From: Candidatus Hermodarchaeota archaeon
GTDB lineage: Archaea; Asgardarchaeota; Lokiarchaeia; Sigyniarchaeales; SOKP01
Direction of reading: 5' to 3'
NCBI GenBank assembly: GCA_048885525.1
Contig: JBHLLP010000014.1
Coordinates: forward strand, 1-64,000
Length of the DNA: 64,000 nucleotides
In this document: piece by piece, positions 39,025 through 50,225 of the stretch
How the letters are laid out: the number at the start of each line of letters is the position of its first letter
How positions within the stretch are numbered: position 1 is the first letter of the stretch
Translations under genes and position numbers: made by a program
The notes under the pieces: model-generated
Seen by the model: the letters and a program-made list of their open reading frames with translations, nothing else
Told to the model about the DNA's origin: nothing
The model's database searches: none

Positions 39025-41514
39025 TTGGGAGTATTTCCTGAAAATCCTTGTGAGTTTGCTGTAGAGTTTATAAGAAGGATGAGAAATCATCCAGATATAA
39101 TCCAAATGCCTTCTCCACGACAAGTGTTATCAATTCCTAATTTAATCATATCAAGATATTATCGTAAAGGGACCATTACTCCAAATGATTTTATTGAAAT
39201 TGGTACTGTTACTTCATTTCCCGATAATCAAAATTTAGCAAAAGATATTGCTTTTGAGATTCTCTTTCCAAATTACAAGAAAGACTTAATAAGTTCATTC
39301 TTTATTGATGGTGAGAATGATAATTTTGAAGATGAATTGAAAAACTCCGGAATCAAATCGGAATTAGAACAATTACAGGATCTCATAGATGAGATTGAAT
39401 TTTCAAAATCAATTGACACAGATATGATTCAGCAATTAGAAAGTTTTATGGAACAATTAGATCAAAAAAGGCATGAAGAACCGTATAAATCAGCACTTAA
39501 TTTCTTCAATGATGATTCTGAGTTATATAAAGAAGAAATAACTTCATTTGAGAAATTGCTTGAAGAAGCAAAGAACCGAATGCTTCAAAAAATAAATTCT
39601 TTAGATCCGAGGGATCTTAAAGCTGGTGCTAATTTAGGATTAAATGAATTAGTTCAACAACAATCCTTAAGAGAATGGGAAAAAATTACAAGTAAAGCTT
39701 TAAATAATCAAAATATTGAGAACGATTTAAAGGAATTATTAAAATCAGGAAGTTTAGAAGATTTACTCCAATCTATGAAATTTTTAAAAAATACTGATGC
39801 TATTTCTAAAGAACAATTCGAGAATCTAAAAAAGGAACTACAAAATAAAATTAGTAATTTAGATCAACTTTTTCAATCAGCGAAACACTTAGGAGAAACT
39901 CCTAATTTTGACCAAAATAAAGTTTTAAGCTATAGTTTAAAACAATCTTCATTTGAACATAATTTCAATTTAGCAAATTCACTTGATCAATTTTTTGGTA
40001 CCAATCTGAGAGCCCCCTTATTAGATACTTTTGATCAACAGAATAAAAATTCCCAAATGAATCTTTCACTTGAAACTTTAACAAAAACTGCATTTACAAA
40101 CAAGTCTTGGAATTCACTATTTAATCAAGCATTAAAAAATGCAATTAATGAAGCAAAGTCTCAAAATAAGAAGTATGAGGCTTTTAAATCACTTACTTAT
40201 CAGTTGCAACAACTTATGAATAGTTGTCAAAATATGCACTGTAGTCAAAAAATGGCTCAAAACATTCCAAATCTCACGTCTTTAACATTTGAATCTTGTG
40301 ACACTCCCTCCCAACTAAGAAATGTAACCGAATTTTTAAGAAAAATTGGTTTAAACCTAAATTCAGAAGTTATTGAGAGAATTGGAAAGAAGCTTCAAAT
40401 GCCTGAGGATGAAATTTTTGAATTAATTGAGCCCAATTATCAATTATTAAAAAAATTGGTGGAAAATAAAAAAGCAGATTTTCAAAGATTAACTAATTTA
40501 ATGAACCAAATTCAAGATCAATTAAATTATGATAGAATAAAAGAATTAACTGCTAGCGCTTTAGCTTCTGATAATAGAGATGCACTAGGAGCACTTGGAA
40601 ACTTTAATTTAAGTGATGCATTAAAAAGTGCTCAGCAAATTGGAGGTCAAGAAGGTGAAAATAAGATGATTTCTTGTCTATCTGCAGGTACTGGAGAAAA
40701 TCTACTTAAACAATGGTTTATTCATCGTAAAGATCTGCCAGAAGGGACTAAACAGAAAGTTAAAGAATTAGCAAAAAAAATGTTAATTGAATTAGGCATA
40801 TATTATTCAAGAGCACGTTTAGGCAGTTCTACAACGGGACCAATACCAATTAATATAGTAAGACCTTATTCAATAGGAGACGATTTTGAAAACATTGATC
40901 TTGAAGAAACGTTATATAATATATTAGAAAAAGGTAAAAAATTAGATCATATTAAATATGATGATTTTTTTGTTTATGAAACTGCTAAAGGGCTTCGAAC
41001 TGTCTGTTTTGAACTTGATATTTCAGGTAGTATGTCGGGGAATAAACTTGCTTATATGAGCATCTGTGTTACGATGTTATGTTATGGGATGCGTAAAGAT
41101 GAACTCGGAATTACTTTTTTTGAATCAGATACTCATGTTTTAAAAAGATTGGATGAAAAAGTGGATTTAGAAAAATTAGCTGATGAACTCCTTTCTGTTA
41201 AGGCTCGAGGAGGTACAAGAATACAAAGTGCTATCGAGTGGGCAAACAAGCAATTTAAAGAACATTCTGCCTCACGTGAAAAATTAAATGTATTATTTAC
41301 TGATGCTGAAATTTTCGATATTAAAGATGCTATGGTAGAATTTAAGAAAATGCGTTCATTAGGAGTTGATTTCATATTAGTGTGTCCTGAAGCTTCATAT
41401 AACTTTAAAGAAGCGAAAAAAATGGTAAAAGTTGCAGGAGGACAATTGCTTACTATAAAAGACTGGAACGAATTTCCCAAATTAATTTCAGAAATAATTA
41501 AATCAAGATTTTAA
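39025..41514 (+). CDS. VWA-domain protein, MoxR partner
   Basis: C-terminal MIDAS DISGS, GGT and FTD; IDLEETL pre-VWA motif. Confidence 0.85.
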   Translation: MGVFPENPCEFAVEFIRRMRNHPDIIQMPSPRQVLSIPNLIISRYYRKGTITPNDFIEIGTVTSFPDNQNLAKDIAFEILFPNYKKDLISSFFIDGENDNFEDELKNSGIKSELEQLQDLIDEIEFSKSIDTDMIQQLESFMEQLDQKRHEEPYKSALNFFNDDSELYKEEITSFEKLLEEAKNRMLQKINSLDPRDLKAGANLGLNELVQQQSLREWEKITSKALNNQNIENDLKELLKSGSLEDLLQSMKFLKNTDAISKEQFENLKKELQNKISNLDQLFQSAKHLGETPNFDQNKVLSYSLKQSSFEHNFNLANSLDQFFGTNLRAPLLDTFDQQNKNSQMNLSLETLTKTAFTNKSWNSLFNQALKNAINEAKSQNKKYEAFKSLTYQLQQLMNSCQNMHCSQKMAQNIPNLTSLTFESCDTPSQLRNVTEFLRKIGLNLNSEVIERIGKKLQMPEDEIFELIEPNYQLLKKLVENKKADFQRLTNLMNQIQDQLNYDRIKELTASALASDNRDALGALGNFNLSDALKSAQQIGGQEGENKMISCLSAGTGENLLKQWFIHRKDLPEGTKQKVKELAKKMLIELGIYYSRARLGSSTTGPIPINIVRPYSIGDDFENIDLEETLYNILEKGKKLDHIKYDDFFVYETAKGLRTVCFELDISGSMSGNKLAYMSICVTMLCYGMRKDELGITFFESDTHVLKRLDEKVDLEKLADELLSVKARGGTRIQSAIEWANKQFKEHSASREKLNVLFTDAEIFDIKDAMVEFKKMRSLGVDFILVCPEASYNFKEAKKMVKVAGGQLLTIKDWNEFPKLISEIIKSRF

Positions 41515-41519
41515 AAAAA

Positions 41520-43868
41520 ATGGTAAAAAAATCGATATCAAGTCTTATAATTGAGAAATTTGGTTTAAATTTATATCAAAAATCACTAAAATTTCTTACA
41601 AATAAAGTTAATATTATTGATTTTAAACAAGATCCAATAAAATTAAGAAGTATTATATTAGATGAGGAACGTGAATATCATCTAATAATTGATGAAAGAA
41701 ATAACGAAATATTTCATGATTGTCCCACCTTTCTTATTCATTCAGAAAGAGAAAAAAAAATTTGTATTCACCTAATAAAGTTATTATTAGTTATTAGAGA
41801 TACTCTTGCTCAAAAGATACTAGAAGATTTTAACAGGTATACATTAACTTCGGAAGATTTAGGCTCGCGGAAAAAAAGTAAGAACTTTATGTTATTAGCG
41901 AATAGTTGTTTTGAAAATAATAATTGCATTGAAGCATTAAGTTATTTGAATAAAGCAATTATAAACCAACTCGAAAGTGAGAAGATCATTGGAATTTTCT
42001 TAGATAAAGCAATTAATAATAACTTATTTATAGAATTCTTTGAATTTTTAGAAAATTTGTATGAAAATGAATTAGAAAATTACATATTGAAATATAATAT
42101 TCAAATTGAAAAAGGATTTAAAAGATTTTTAAATACCATACCCAATTATTCATTTTTCAACATTATTAAAATTATTGAATCTATTGATAAAATATCAGAA
42201 TTTAAAGATATTTCATTTATAGCTTCATATTTTAATAAATTCCAGGAAATGGTAAATAGTTCGGATTTTAACTCTAAATATTTTTCAATTTATATCATTA
42301 AAAAGAATTATGAAAAATTGAATAAGATAAATCAAGCATTTAAGGATATTATTTCTGAAACTCAACTAAATGCAATCAAAGTCGAGCTATTGACTTATTT
42401 CTTTTCTGAAATTGATAATTTTTGTATAATTGAGAAATTAAAGTTATTGAAAAAACAATTTAAAGTCATAAATATTCCTAAAGAGAAATTCTATAGTCAA
42501 TATAAGAATTATAAAATGGAAATTCAAGAATTGGAAAGAAAAGTGTATCTCAAAAAATTCGCATTTTTAAAGGTTTTAAGTGAAAAATATAATATAAAAA
42601 GAACAAAAGGAGAATTTAGAAAAAAAAGAAATACATATATTGTCAAACACGATGAAATCAATTTAAAAAATCCTGTTTATAATTATATTATTTCTCGCAT
42701 TGGTTTTTTTGGATTAAACGTTCAGACGATAAAATCTTCTGAAATCGGGATCAATTATTTCATAATGAGAGAATTATTTCTAGATGATTTAAGTAGTTTT
42801 CAAGATGTTTTCTACTATAAACAACAGTTCTGGGGTGAATTGGATAATTATGAAATAAACCCAATTGACGGTGTATCCTTATCAACTGATAGTACAGAAT
42901 ACAGTTATGACGATGATCACAAATATTCTAATGACGTAATGATTATTGAGTGGAATTTGGCAAATAAGCCAATTCAAGGAAGCATAGTAAATGCATATGG
43001 TTCTCAAATTATAATTCCTGATTATAATAACCCCCTTTTTCATGATTTAAAACCATTTGATTTGTGTTATTGTAAAAAAGCTCCTGTAAAAATTGAGAGT
43101 AATATAATAAAAACTGTAAATGTAATTAAAAAATGTTCATTTAAAGATGCTATTAAAAGCATCTCTAAGGGAATGGAATTTATTGAAGGATATTATCCTT
43201 TATCATTAGTAAAAGCAGTGTTAAATAAAGAAATAGATCCATTTCATGCTAATGATTTAGTAGTTAATAACCAAAATAGAGTTTTTATACCAAAATATAA
43301 TAATTTTATTAAAGCTTTTAATGAATTTTTATTGAATTTTATTTTTAAAGAAAAAGAATACATCTTTGAAGAACTAAAAACTAATATTGATGAAAATACC
43401 ACTCAAATTTTATCCTTATTAAATTTGAACAATGACTTAGCTGGGTTAGATCTACCCTACACTAAAATATTAAAGGATTCGATTTCACCAAATATTCAAT
43501 TAAACGAGTTCAAATCAAGATTTTTAAATAATATTCATGAAATCATAAAAAATATATTAAAAAAAAAGGAACTTGGAAGTACTATTTTGTTTGACTTGAA
43601 AAAATTAAAGCATACTCCATTCTTTAAATACTCCAATGAAATTCTTGAAATTAGAAAAAAAGAGTTTGAATCTTCGGAAATTCATAGATATCTCGATAAG
43701 GATGAGGTGTTGCATAATGTATCTGGAATTTATAATACATACTATGGTAAAAAATTCTTGAATATTCTTCAAGTAAAGGATCCACTACTTTTAAAACCCG
43801 AAAAATTTAAAAAATTCCGTGATATTAGTTCAAAATTAAACCTAAAAGTAAAAATTGTAGATTTATAA
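41520..43868 (+). CDS. SWIM-like zinc-finger protein
   Basis: HDCPTF...ICIHLIK near the N-terminus. Confidence 0.55.
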   Translation: MVKKSISSLIIEKFGLNLYQKSLKFLTNKVNIIDFKQDPIKLRSIILDEEREYHLIIDERNNEIFHDCPTFLIHSEREKKICIHLIKLLLVIRDTLAQKILEDFNRYTLTSEDLGSRKKSKNFMLLANSCFENNNCIEALSYLNKAIINQLESEKIIGIFLDKAINNNLFIEFFEFLENLYENELENYILKYNIQIEKGFKRFLNTIPNYSFFNIIKIIESIDKISEFKDISFIASYFNKFQEMVNSSDFNSKYFSIYIIKKNYEKLNKINQAFKDIISETQLNAIKVELLTYFFSEIDNFCIIEKLKLLKKQFKVINIPKEKFYSQYKNYKMEIQELERKVYLKKFAFLKVLSEKYNIKRTKGEFRKKRNTYIVKHDEINLKNPVYNYIISRIGFFGLNVQTIKSSEIGINYFIMRELFLDDLSSFQDVFYYKQQFWGELDNYEINPIDGVSLSTDSTEYSYDDDHKYSNDVMIIEWNLANKPIQGSIVNAYGSQIIIPDYNNPLFHDLKPFDLCYCKKAPVKIESNIIKTVNVIKKCSFKDAIKSISKGMEFIEGYYPLSLVKAVLNKEIDPFHANDLVVNNQNRVFIPKYNNFIKAFNEFLLNFIFKEKEYIFEELKTNIDENTTQILSLLNLNNDLAGLDLPYTKILKDSISPNIQLNEFKSRFLNNIHEIIKNILKKKELGSTILFDLKKLKHTPFFKYSNEILEIRKKEFESSEIHRYLDKDEVLHNVSGIYNTYYGKKFLNILQVKDPLLLKPEKFKKFRDISSKLNLKVKIVDL

Positions 43869-43882
43869 AATAAATTGTTAAA

Positions 43883-45073
43883 TTAATTTTCAAATTGTAG
43901 TTTTCCATAGACAGCATCATGTCCAGGTATAAACCAGAACTTTCCTTTCCTTATTTTATTTATAGCTTCGTATAAATCTTCAGGAATGCTATTGAAGTTA
44001 CTTTTTCCTTCCCATATTGCATACTCGCTACTATTTTGGGCAATCAATTTTTCATATATTGATAAATTCTTTCTATCATATTCAGATCCTCCTAAAATAA
44101 CAGAAATTAAGTGTAATAATGGTACAATATACTGAAAATTCAATTTAAAAGGACTTTTTTGATCACTTAATTCTTGAGCTCGAGCTAATACACCTTTAGT
44201 AAGTTTTTTTCTGCAGTAAGGACATGAATCTATGTTGAGTTTAGGACTACAAAAATAATCTTGATTTCCAATATGTCTTTCAGGTCTATGCCCGTTATAA
44301 TAATATTTGCCCTGTGATGGTTTGAACTCATAAGTCTTAATAAATCTATTTCTTTTGATTGAATCGATTAAATTTTGGTAATTTAGTTTATTTAAATCAA
44401 ATATCGTTGCCTCTCTTCCTATTCTATGAAAATTAATAGAATGGCTATCAGAATTAGATATTACAGAGACCTTATTTAAATCAGAAATTCTTCTGATCAT
44501 TAAGGGATCAGCACTTAATCCAGTTTCAACACAATTTATATAATACATTCCAGTTCCTAAAGCATCTTCCATCGAGTTAAACTGTGAGATATCTCCAAAT
44601 AAACCAAAATATGGGGTAAATATATGAGCAGGTATTATTTCAATATCCATATCTATCGATTTTAAACTAAAAATGAGATTTTCTGGAGAATTATAAATTT
44701 TTGGTCTCCCTTCCTTACTTAAATTACCGAATTTTGTTAATAATTCAACAGTTTCATCTACTTTTTCAAAGTTTGGAAAAAGAATGATAAAATGAATTCT
44801 TTTAAATTGTGAATTATTTTTCCAAATAGCCTCAATTTCTGTTTGTAATACAAAATAAACTTCTGGTACTTGGGGAATGTTGAAAATTCCATTAGAAGTT
44901 TCCAATAATTTACATTTTAATTCATTTAACCATATAGGGTGAAGACAATCACCTGTACCGACTAATTGAATCCCTTTAATATTACAATTATAGGCAATTT
45001 TAAAAAGGTCAATGTTTTTACTCGCACCGCCTGAGAATTTACTATGAATATGTAAATCGCAAATCTTATGCAT
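43883..45073 (-). CDS. endonuclease Q family PHP-domain protein
   Basis: DLHIHSKFS, GTGDCLHP.W, PAHIFTP, ETGLSAD, SNSDSHS, GREAT, CPYC...KGV and PGHDAVYG motifs. Confidence 0.85.
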   Translation of the reverse strand: MHKICDLHIHSKFSGGASKNIDLFKIAYNCNIKGIQLVGTGDCLHPIWLNELKCKLLETSNGIFNIPQVPEVYFVLQTEIEAIWKNNSQFKRIHFIILFPNFEKVDETVELLTKFGNLSKEGRPKIYNSPENLIFSLKSIDMDIEIIPAHIFTPYFGLFGDISQFNSMEDALGTGMYYINCVETGLSADPLMIRRISDLNKVSVISNSDSHSINFHRIGREATIFDLNKLNYQNLIDSIKRNRFIKTYEFKPSQGKYYYNGHRPERHIGNQDYFCSPKLNIDSCPYCRKKLTKGVLARAQELSDQKSPFKLNFQYIVPLLHLISVILGGSEYDRKNLSIYEKLIAQNSSEYAIWEGKSNFNSIPEDLYEAINKIRKGKFWFIPGHDAVYGKLQFEN

Positions 45074-45304
45074 TTTTCTTAAATTGATTTTATTGAAACT
45101 TGTTATAAATTTTCAATCAATTTATTTAAAATCATAAATAAAAATAGAATTAAAATTAACCACAGGTTAAAGTCAGAACTAACGGCAATTCATAATTAAT
45201 AAATAAAGTTAGATGTTATTTTTTTAATAGTATTTTTATTATTATGCATAAATTTTATTTACATAGAATCTGAAACTTTAATTGATAACAATTAAACAAT
45301 ATAA

Positions 45305-46591
45305 GTGAGTATGAGTAAAAATAACTTGCAACACCCATCAAAGGATATTATTGAAAGTAAGGGTACTATTCTTAGAGGAAAAACAGTCTGTATGTGCTTA
45401 ACGGGTTCGGTGGCTGTAATATCTACTCCAATCGTAGCCCGAGAACTTATGAGAATGGGCGCTGAAGTAATATGCGTTATGTCCAAAGCTGCAACAGAAT
45501 TAATAAATCCATCTTTAATGGAATGGGCAACAGGAAATAAAGTTATCACTAAAGTAACTGGAGCTGTTGAACATATTTACCTCGCAGGAGATAGGCCTTC
45601 AAGCGTAGGGAAAGCTGATTTAATATTAATATGTCCCGCAACCGCAAATACAATTTCAAAAATAGCAAATGGAATTGATGATACTCCAGTTACTACAGTA
45701 GCATCAACAGCATTTGGATCATCAATACCAATCGTAATTGTACCTGCAATGCACGAAAGTATGTATAAACATCCCATCTTAGCAAAAAATGAGCAAAAAT
45801 TACGCGATTGCGGAGTTGAAATTCTAGGTCCTAGAATTTCTGAAGGAAAAGCTAAAATAGCTAGAATTGACGATATAATTGATAGGGTAATAGATTTATT
45901 AGTTACAAAGAAAGATTTAGATGGAAAGAAAATTCTTATTACTGCTGGACCAACAAGAGAAGCAATAGATTCAGTAAGATTTGTTTCCAATAAGTCATCA
46001 GGAAGAATGGGGATTGAATTAGCCAAAGAAGCCTCTGCTAGAGGTGCTGACGTAACTTTAGTTGCTGGTGAATGTATGGCAAAACTTCCTAATTATCTAA
46101 AAATAAGACATGTAGTCTCAACCGATGATTTTATAGATGCCGTTAAAGATGAAATCTCACTAAATAATTATGATTTTTTCATTTCAGCTGCGGCTGTAAG
46201 TGATTATAAACCAATTGAATGCATTGAGGGAAAAATTTCATCTGATAATGTAGAAACATTACAGTTAAATATGAAATTAACTCCAAAAATAATAAATGTT
46301 GCTAGAAAGAAAGATTACAATTTATTTATTGTAGCATTTAAAGCGGAAACCAACGTTTCTAAGAGTGAACTAATCGAACGTGCTTATAATAGACTCATTA
46401 AATCTGAAGTTGACCTAATTGTTGCAAATGATATTGGTAGAAGAGATATAGGTTTCAGCAGTAAATATAACGAGGTATTTATTATAGATAAAAAAAAACA
46501 TATTACTCATGTTGAGAGAAACACTAAACGATACATTGCTTCGAGAATAATTGATGTAGCTCTACAGACTTATCAAACAAGAAGTAAATAG
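45305..46591 (+). CDS. coaBC: phosphopantothenoylcysteine decarboxylase/synthetase
   Basis: TGSVA, PATANT, PAMH, TAGPTRE.ID.VRF.SN.SSG.MG and AFKAE motifs. Confidence 0.95.
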   Translation: MSMSKNNLQHPSKDIIESKGTILRGKTVCMCLTGSVAVISTPIVARELMRMGAEVICVMSKAATELINPSLMEWATGNKVITKVTGAVEHIYLAGDRPSSVGKADLILICPATANTISKIANGIDDTPVTTVASTAFGSSIPIVIVPAMHESMYKHPILAKNEQKLRDCGVEILGPRISEGKAKIARIDDIIDRVIDLLVTKKDLDGKKILITAGPTREAIDSVRFVSNKSSGRMGIELAKEASARGADVTLVAGECMAKLPNYLKIRHVVSTDDFIDAVKDEISLNNYDFFISAAAVSDYKPIECIEGKISSDNVETLQLNMKLTPKIINVARKKDYNLFIVAFKAETNVSKSELIERAYNRLIKSEVDLIVANDIGRRDIGFSSKYNEVFIIDKKKHITHVERNTKRYIASRIIDVALQTYQTRSK

Positions 46592-46846
46592 ATCTCTCGT
46601 ATATAATCTATTTAAAAACCTTTGTTTGAGAAATCGTTAATCTTTTTCATATTTATTTTTGAATGAAAATATTTAAATATCAAGTTGTTTACTGTAAAAA
46701 GTGAGGAAAAAGTTAAAGTTTGAGCAGATAAAGAATACCTAGAAATTAGGAATAATATCTAAAATCGTATTCTTTAATTAATTTAGTAATAAAAGGATAT
46801 ATATTAATAATATGTTTTAATTAAGATTGATTAAGAAATTACTTTT

Positions 46847-49800
46847 TTGAGTGCGTTTAAAATTACATCAAAAGAAGAAGGAAAAATTAAACAAGGAACC
46901 ATCGCAGAATATATGCGTAAGAGGACTCAGTTAGTTGGTTTTGAGTTTGGTTATTGGAAACATGTCCAGTATTGTGCTGAATTTATTGATAATGCATTGG
47001 ATGCCATTGAAAGTTTTCAATGGAAAGAATTACAAAAACCAGATTCTAAAATCAAATTTTCACTAGATCAAGAACTTTTTCTGGAGAAATTCTCTATTCT
47101 TGAGGCTGCCAAGGAAGAAAAAAGATCTCAGCACTTAGATAACGAAGCAAAACATACTTTAATGCAAGAATTAGGTATTGAATCTAATGAATCCCCCATT
47201 ACTATTCCTGAAGAAACAGAAATTAGAGAAGAGGAATCTGGAGAAATAACTGATAAAGAAGAATTAGAAATTGAGGAGGAAGTTAAAAGAATAATTGATG
47301 ATATGCAAGAGATCATTAAACCTGTTGAATTTATTATTGATGTAGAACCTATTGTAATTGTTCGTATTAGGGAATATGAAGCTCCTTCATTTTTAACATC
47401 TGAAATTAGCCAGAAAAATATTATGAGCTATACTTTTGAAATTTTTGATAATGGTACAGGAATGTCAAAAATCGATTTAAAAAAATTTGGCCGATATCTT
47501 GCCTCCTCAAAATCTATGGAATTAAAACAAACTAGAGGAAGTCAAGGATTTGGTGCACCAAGTGCTTTCAGTGATGCTCAAAATACAACGGGTAAACCAG
47601 TTATTACAGTTTCAAAATCCAGTGACCAAGTGTATGCAATTTGCTCAGAATTTTTCACTACTTCTAAAAATGAAAAAAAATATTTAATCCATCCAACTGA
47701 AATTGATAGTCCCTTCTTACATGGTACTTACATCAAACTCAATTATTTAAATGTAAAGTATGTTAGAGGTTATGTTGAAAAATATATTGAAGAGACTGCA
47801 TTTATGAATCCTCATGTTACAATTATATATATTGATCCTGATGGAAAAGAAAAAATTTACCGAAGATTAGCTACTTCTTTCCCACCAGAACCTAAATATG
47901 CCAAACCTCATCCTTCATCTGTTAATATAGGAGATCTACAAGATTTGATTACAAAATCAGAAAATAAATCCATTTCAGCATTTTTACAGGATAATTTTGT
48001 AAGAATGAGTTCAAAAATAGCCAAAGAAATTGTTGACATAGCCGAAAGAGATTTGCAAGACAAATTAAATTTACTAATATTAACAGATGGTTTTGTAAAT
48101 GTAGTTAAGAAAAAAACAGATCAAATTTTTTTTATGCGAGATGAAAAAAGGATATATGGACGTTCTACTAAACCACGAGACAAATTAATAATTTACCAAG
48201 TTGATTCAGAAGAACTTAAAGAGAAATATGGGGAGTATATTTCAAATTATAATAGATATATTAAAGATTATGAAAAATCTAATAAAGAGATAAAGAAATT
48301 AAATAGTAGAATTGAAAAAACTGCAACTAAAAAAGAGATCAATGCTATCGAAAAAGAAATTAAAAAATTTTTAAGAAACATTGAGGATATTAGAAAAAAA
48401 AAGGACAAAGTTAAGGAAAATCTAAATAATCTTTTTAAAGATGTTAAGGATGGATTAATTGAACTTAAAAAATTTAAAAACAGAACAGATTTTGAAGATT
48501 TAGTCAATGAAGTTCAACTTTCTAAAATAAAACCAGCTGATTTAACCAAGGAGCAATTTAATTCTCTGTTCCTTTCTTTCAAATCAATTAAGTATATGGC
48601 TCCTCCAACAGACACAGCAATTCCAGTAGGTGAATCAATTTTAGAAAATACTTTAATTAAAGAAATTGGTTTAAGAATTTCAGATAATATTGATGACTTT
48701 GAAACGCCTGTAGATACAATTAGTACTATGACTGAATCATTGTATAAGGAACAAAAGGGTTTACTATTAAAAGAAGAAAAAAAGAGTGATCGTAGTGAAA
48801 TAAGTAAAATTGAGATAGATTCAGAAGAACTTATTAATTTAAATTCTGAGATATTAGGAACGATCGATATTATTGACGAAACTATTGATAAACAACAAAT
48901 CAAACAAACAATAGATGATCTTCTTATTTTTTCAGATATTGAATCGATCGATAGTTATCGTGAAGTATTTGATTATTTCCTTGAAAGTTTTACAAAAGAT
49001 GATGATTTCGTTGCAGCAGAAACAAGATCACCTACAAGTGGAAAAGGATTAGCATATGTGGTTGAAGCAGTAATGGCTTATTCTAGAAATATTGAAATTC
49101 CTAAACGATCTAGAGATGTATTATCAAGATTCGTGAATAGAACTCCGAAATTAAGAGATAGTGCAGATTGTGCAATAACAAAAGCAGTTCAATCAGTTAA
49201 TTGGAAGAATTATAATCTTGAAACATATGATAATAACTTACCAAAAGGACCAATTAAACTATTAGTTAACGTTTCTGGACCATTTGTCCATTTAATGTTT
49301 AAGTCACAATCAAAAAATGCCCTAGCTGATGATGAGGATTTAATTAAAGAAATAAAATATTGTCTTGAAGCAATAGGGAGAAGACTAAGGGTATACATCA
49401 ATAGAAGAGCTAGTATACGTAAAAGTGAAAAGCGAGCTAGCTTGATAGAAAAATATATTCCCCCATTCGTTAAAAGTGTATACAATATTGCTTCCAAAGG
49501 GGAGAGTAAATTTAAGGCAAGATTGGACATTAAAGAAATTGAGGATTTAATGAAGGGGGCAATCGGTAAGAAGTCAGTTCCAGTTACCCCACAAGATTTG
49601 AAATCCAAAAAGCCTGAAATTAAAGAAGTAGAAATTGAAAAAGAAGAAATAAAGGAAGTTGAGGCCATTGAAAAAGAGGCTCCTATTGTAAAAAAAATTT
49701 CTATTGAAAAACCGAAACCAGAGAAAGAATTAATTTCGAAAAAAACTTTACTTAATTGGACAGTAAAAGAACTTAAAGATTATTGTAAAAAACATGATAT

Positions 49801-50215
49801 TACAGTACTCTCAAAAGATAGGAAAAATGAAATCATTGAAAAGATTTTAGATTCATTTACCACTAAAAGAGTAATAAAGAAACCAGAAATAATTGAACCT
49901 ATAGTTTCAGAAATCATTACAGAAAAACCAAAACCTTTAATAACTTCTGCTCCGAAAAGACTTACACCAATTACAACTCAAAAAACACGTTCAAAACCAA
50001 AATCAACTCAAACGACTTTACCCATCATTACTACGGATAAAATAATTTCTGTATTATCAAATGAATGGCAAACTATAAAACATCTTATTTTTAAATTAAA
50101 AATTAAAGAAATGATGGATGCTCGATACCTTCAGTTGAAATTGAAAGAACTGGAACGTAAAGGGCAAGTGTTAGTTGAACTTAAAATGGGTAGAAAACAT
50201 TGGAAATTGAAATAA
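46847..50215 (+). CDS. top6B: DNA topoisomerase VI subunit B, with large insertions and C-terminal extension
   Basis: EFIDNALDA, DNGTGM, TRGSQGFG, NPH, KPHP and RFVNRTP motifs. Confidence 0.9.
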   Translation: MSAFKITSKEEGKIKQGTIAEYMRKRTQLVGFEFGYWKHVQYCAEFIDNALDAIESFQWKELQKPDSKIKFSLDQELFLEKFSILEAAKEEKRSQHLDNEAKHTLMQELGIESNESPITIPEETEIREEESGEITDKEELEIEEEVKRIIDDMQEIIKPVEFIIDVEPIVIVRIREYEAPSFLTSEISQKNIMSYTFEIFDNGTGMSKIDLKKFGRYLASSKSMELKQTRGSQGFGAPSAFSDAQNTTGKPVITVSKSSDQVYAICSEFFTTSKNEKKYLIHPTEIDSPFLHGTYIKLNYLNVKYVRGYVEKYIEETAFMNPHVTIIYIDPDGKEKIYRRLATSFPPEPKYAKPHPSSVNIGDLQDLITKSENKSISAFLQDNFVRMSSKIAKEIVDIAERDLQDKLNLLILTDGFVNVVKKKTDQIFFMRDEKRIYGRSTKPRDKLIIYQVDSEELKEKYGEYISNYNRYIKDYEKSNKEIKKLNSRIEKTATKKEINAIEKEIKKFLRNIEDIRKKKDKVKENLNNLFKDVKDGLIELKKFKNRTDFEDLVNEVQLSKIKPADLTKEQFNSLFLSFKSIKYMAPPTDTAIPVGESILENTLIKEIGLRISDNIDDFETPVDTISTMTESLYKEQKGLLLKEEKKSDRSEISKIEIDSEELINLNSEILGTIDIIDETIDKQQIKQTIDDLLIFSDIESIDSYREVFDYFLESFTKDDDFVAAETRSPTSGKGLAYVVEAVMAYSRNIEIPKRSRDVLSRFVNRTPKLRDSADCAITKAVQSVNWKNYNLETYDNNLPKGPIKLLVNVSGPFVHLMFKSQSKNALADDEDLIKEIKYCLEAIGRRLRVYINRRASIRKSEKRASLIEKYIPPFVKSVYNIASKGESKFKARLDIKEIEDLMKGAIGKKSVPVTPQDLKSKKPEIKEVEIEKEEIKEVEAIEKEAPIVKKISIEKPKPEKELISKKTLLNWTVKELKDYCKKHDITVLSKDRKNEIIEKILDSFTTKRVIKKPEIIEPIVSEIITEKPKPLITSAPKRLTPITTQKTRSKPKSTQTTLPIITTDKIISVLSNEWQTIKHLIFKLKIKEMMDARYLQLKLKELERKGQVLVELKMGRKHWKLK

Positions 50216-50225
50216 GGAGAAAAAA

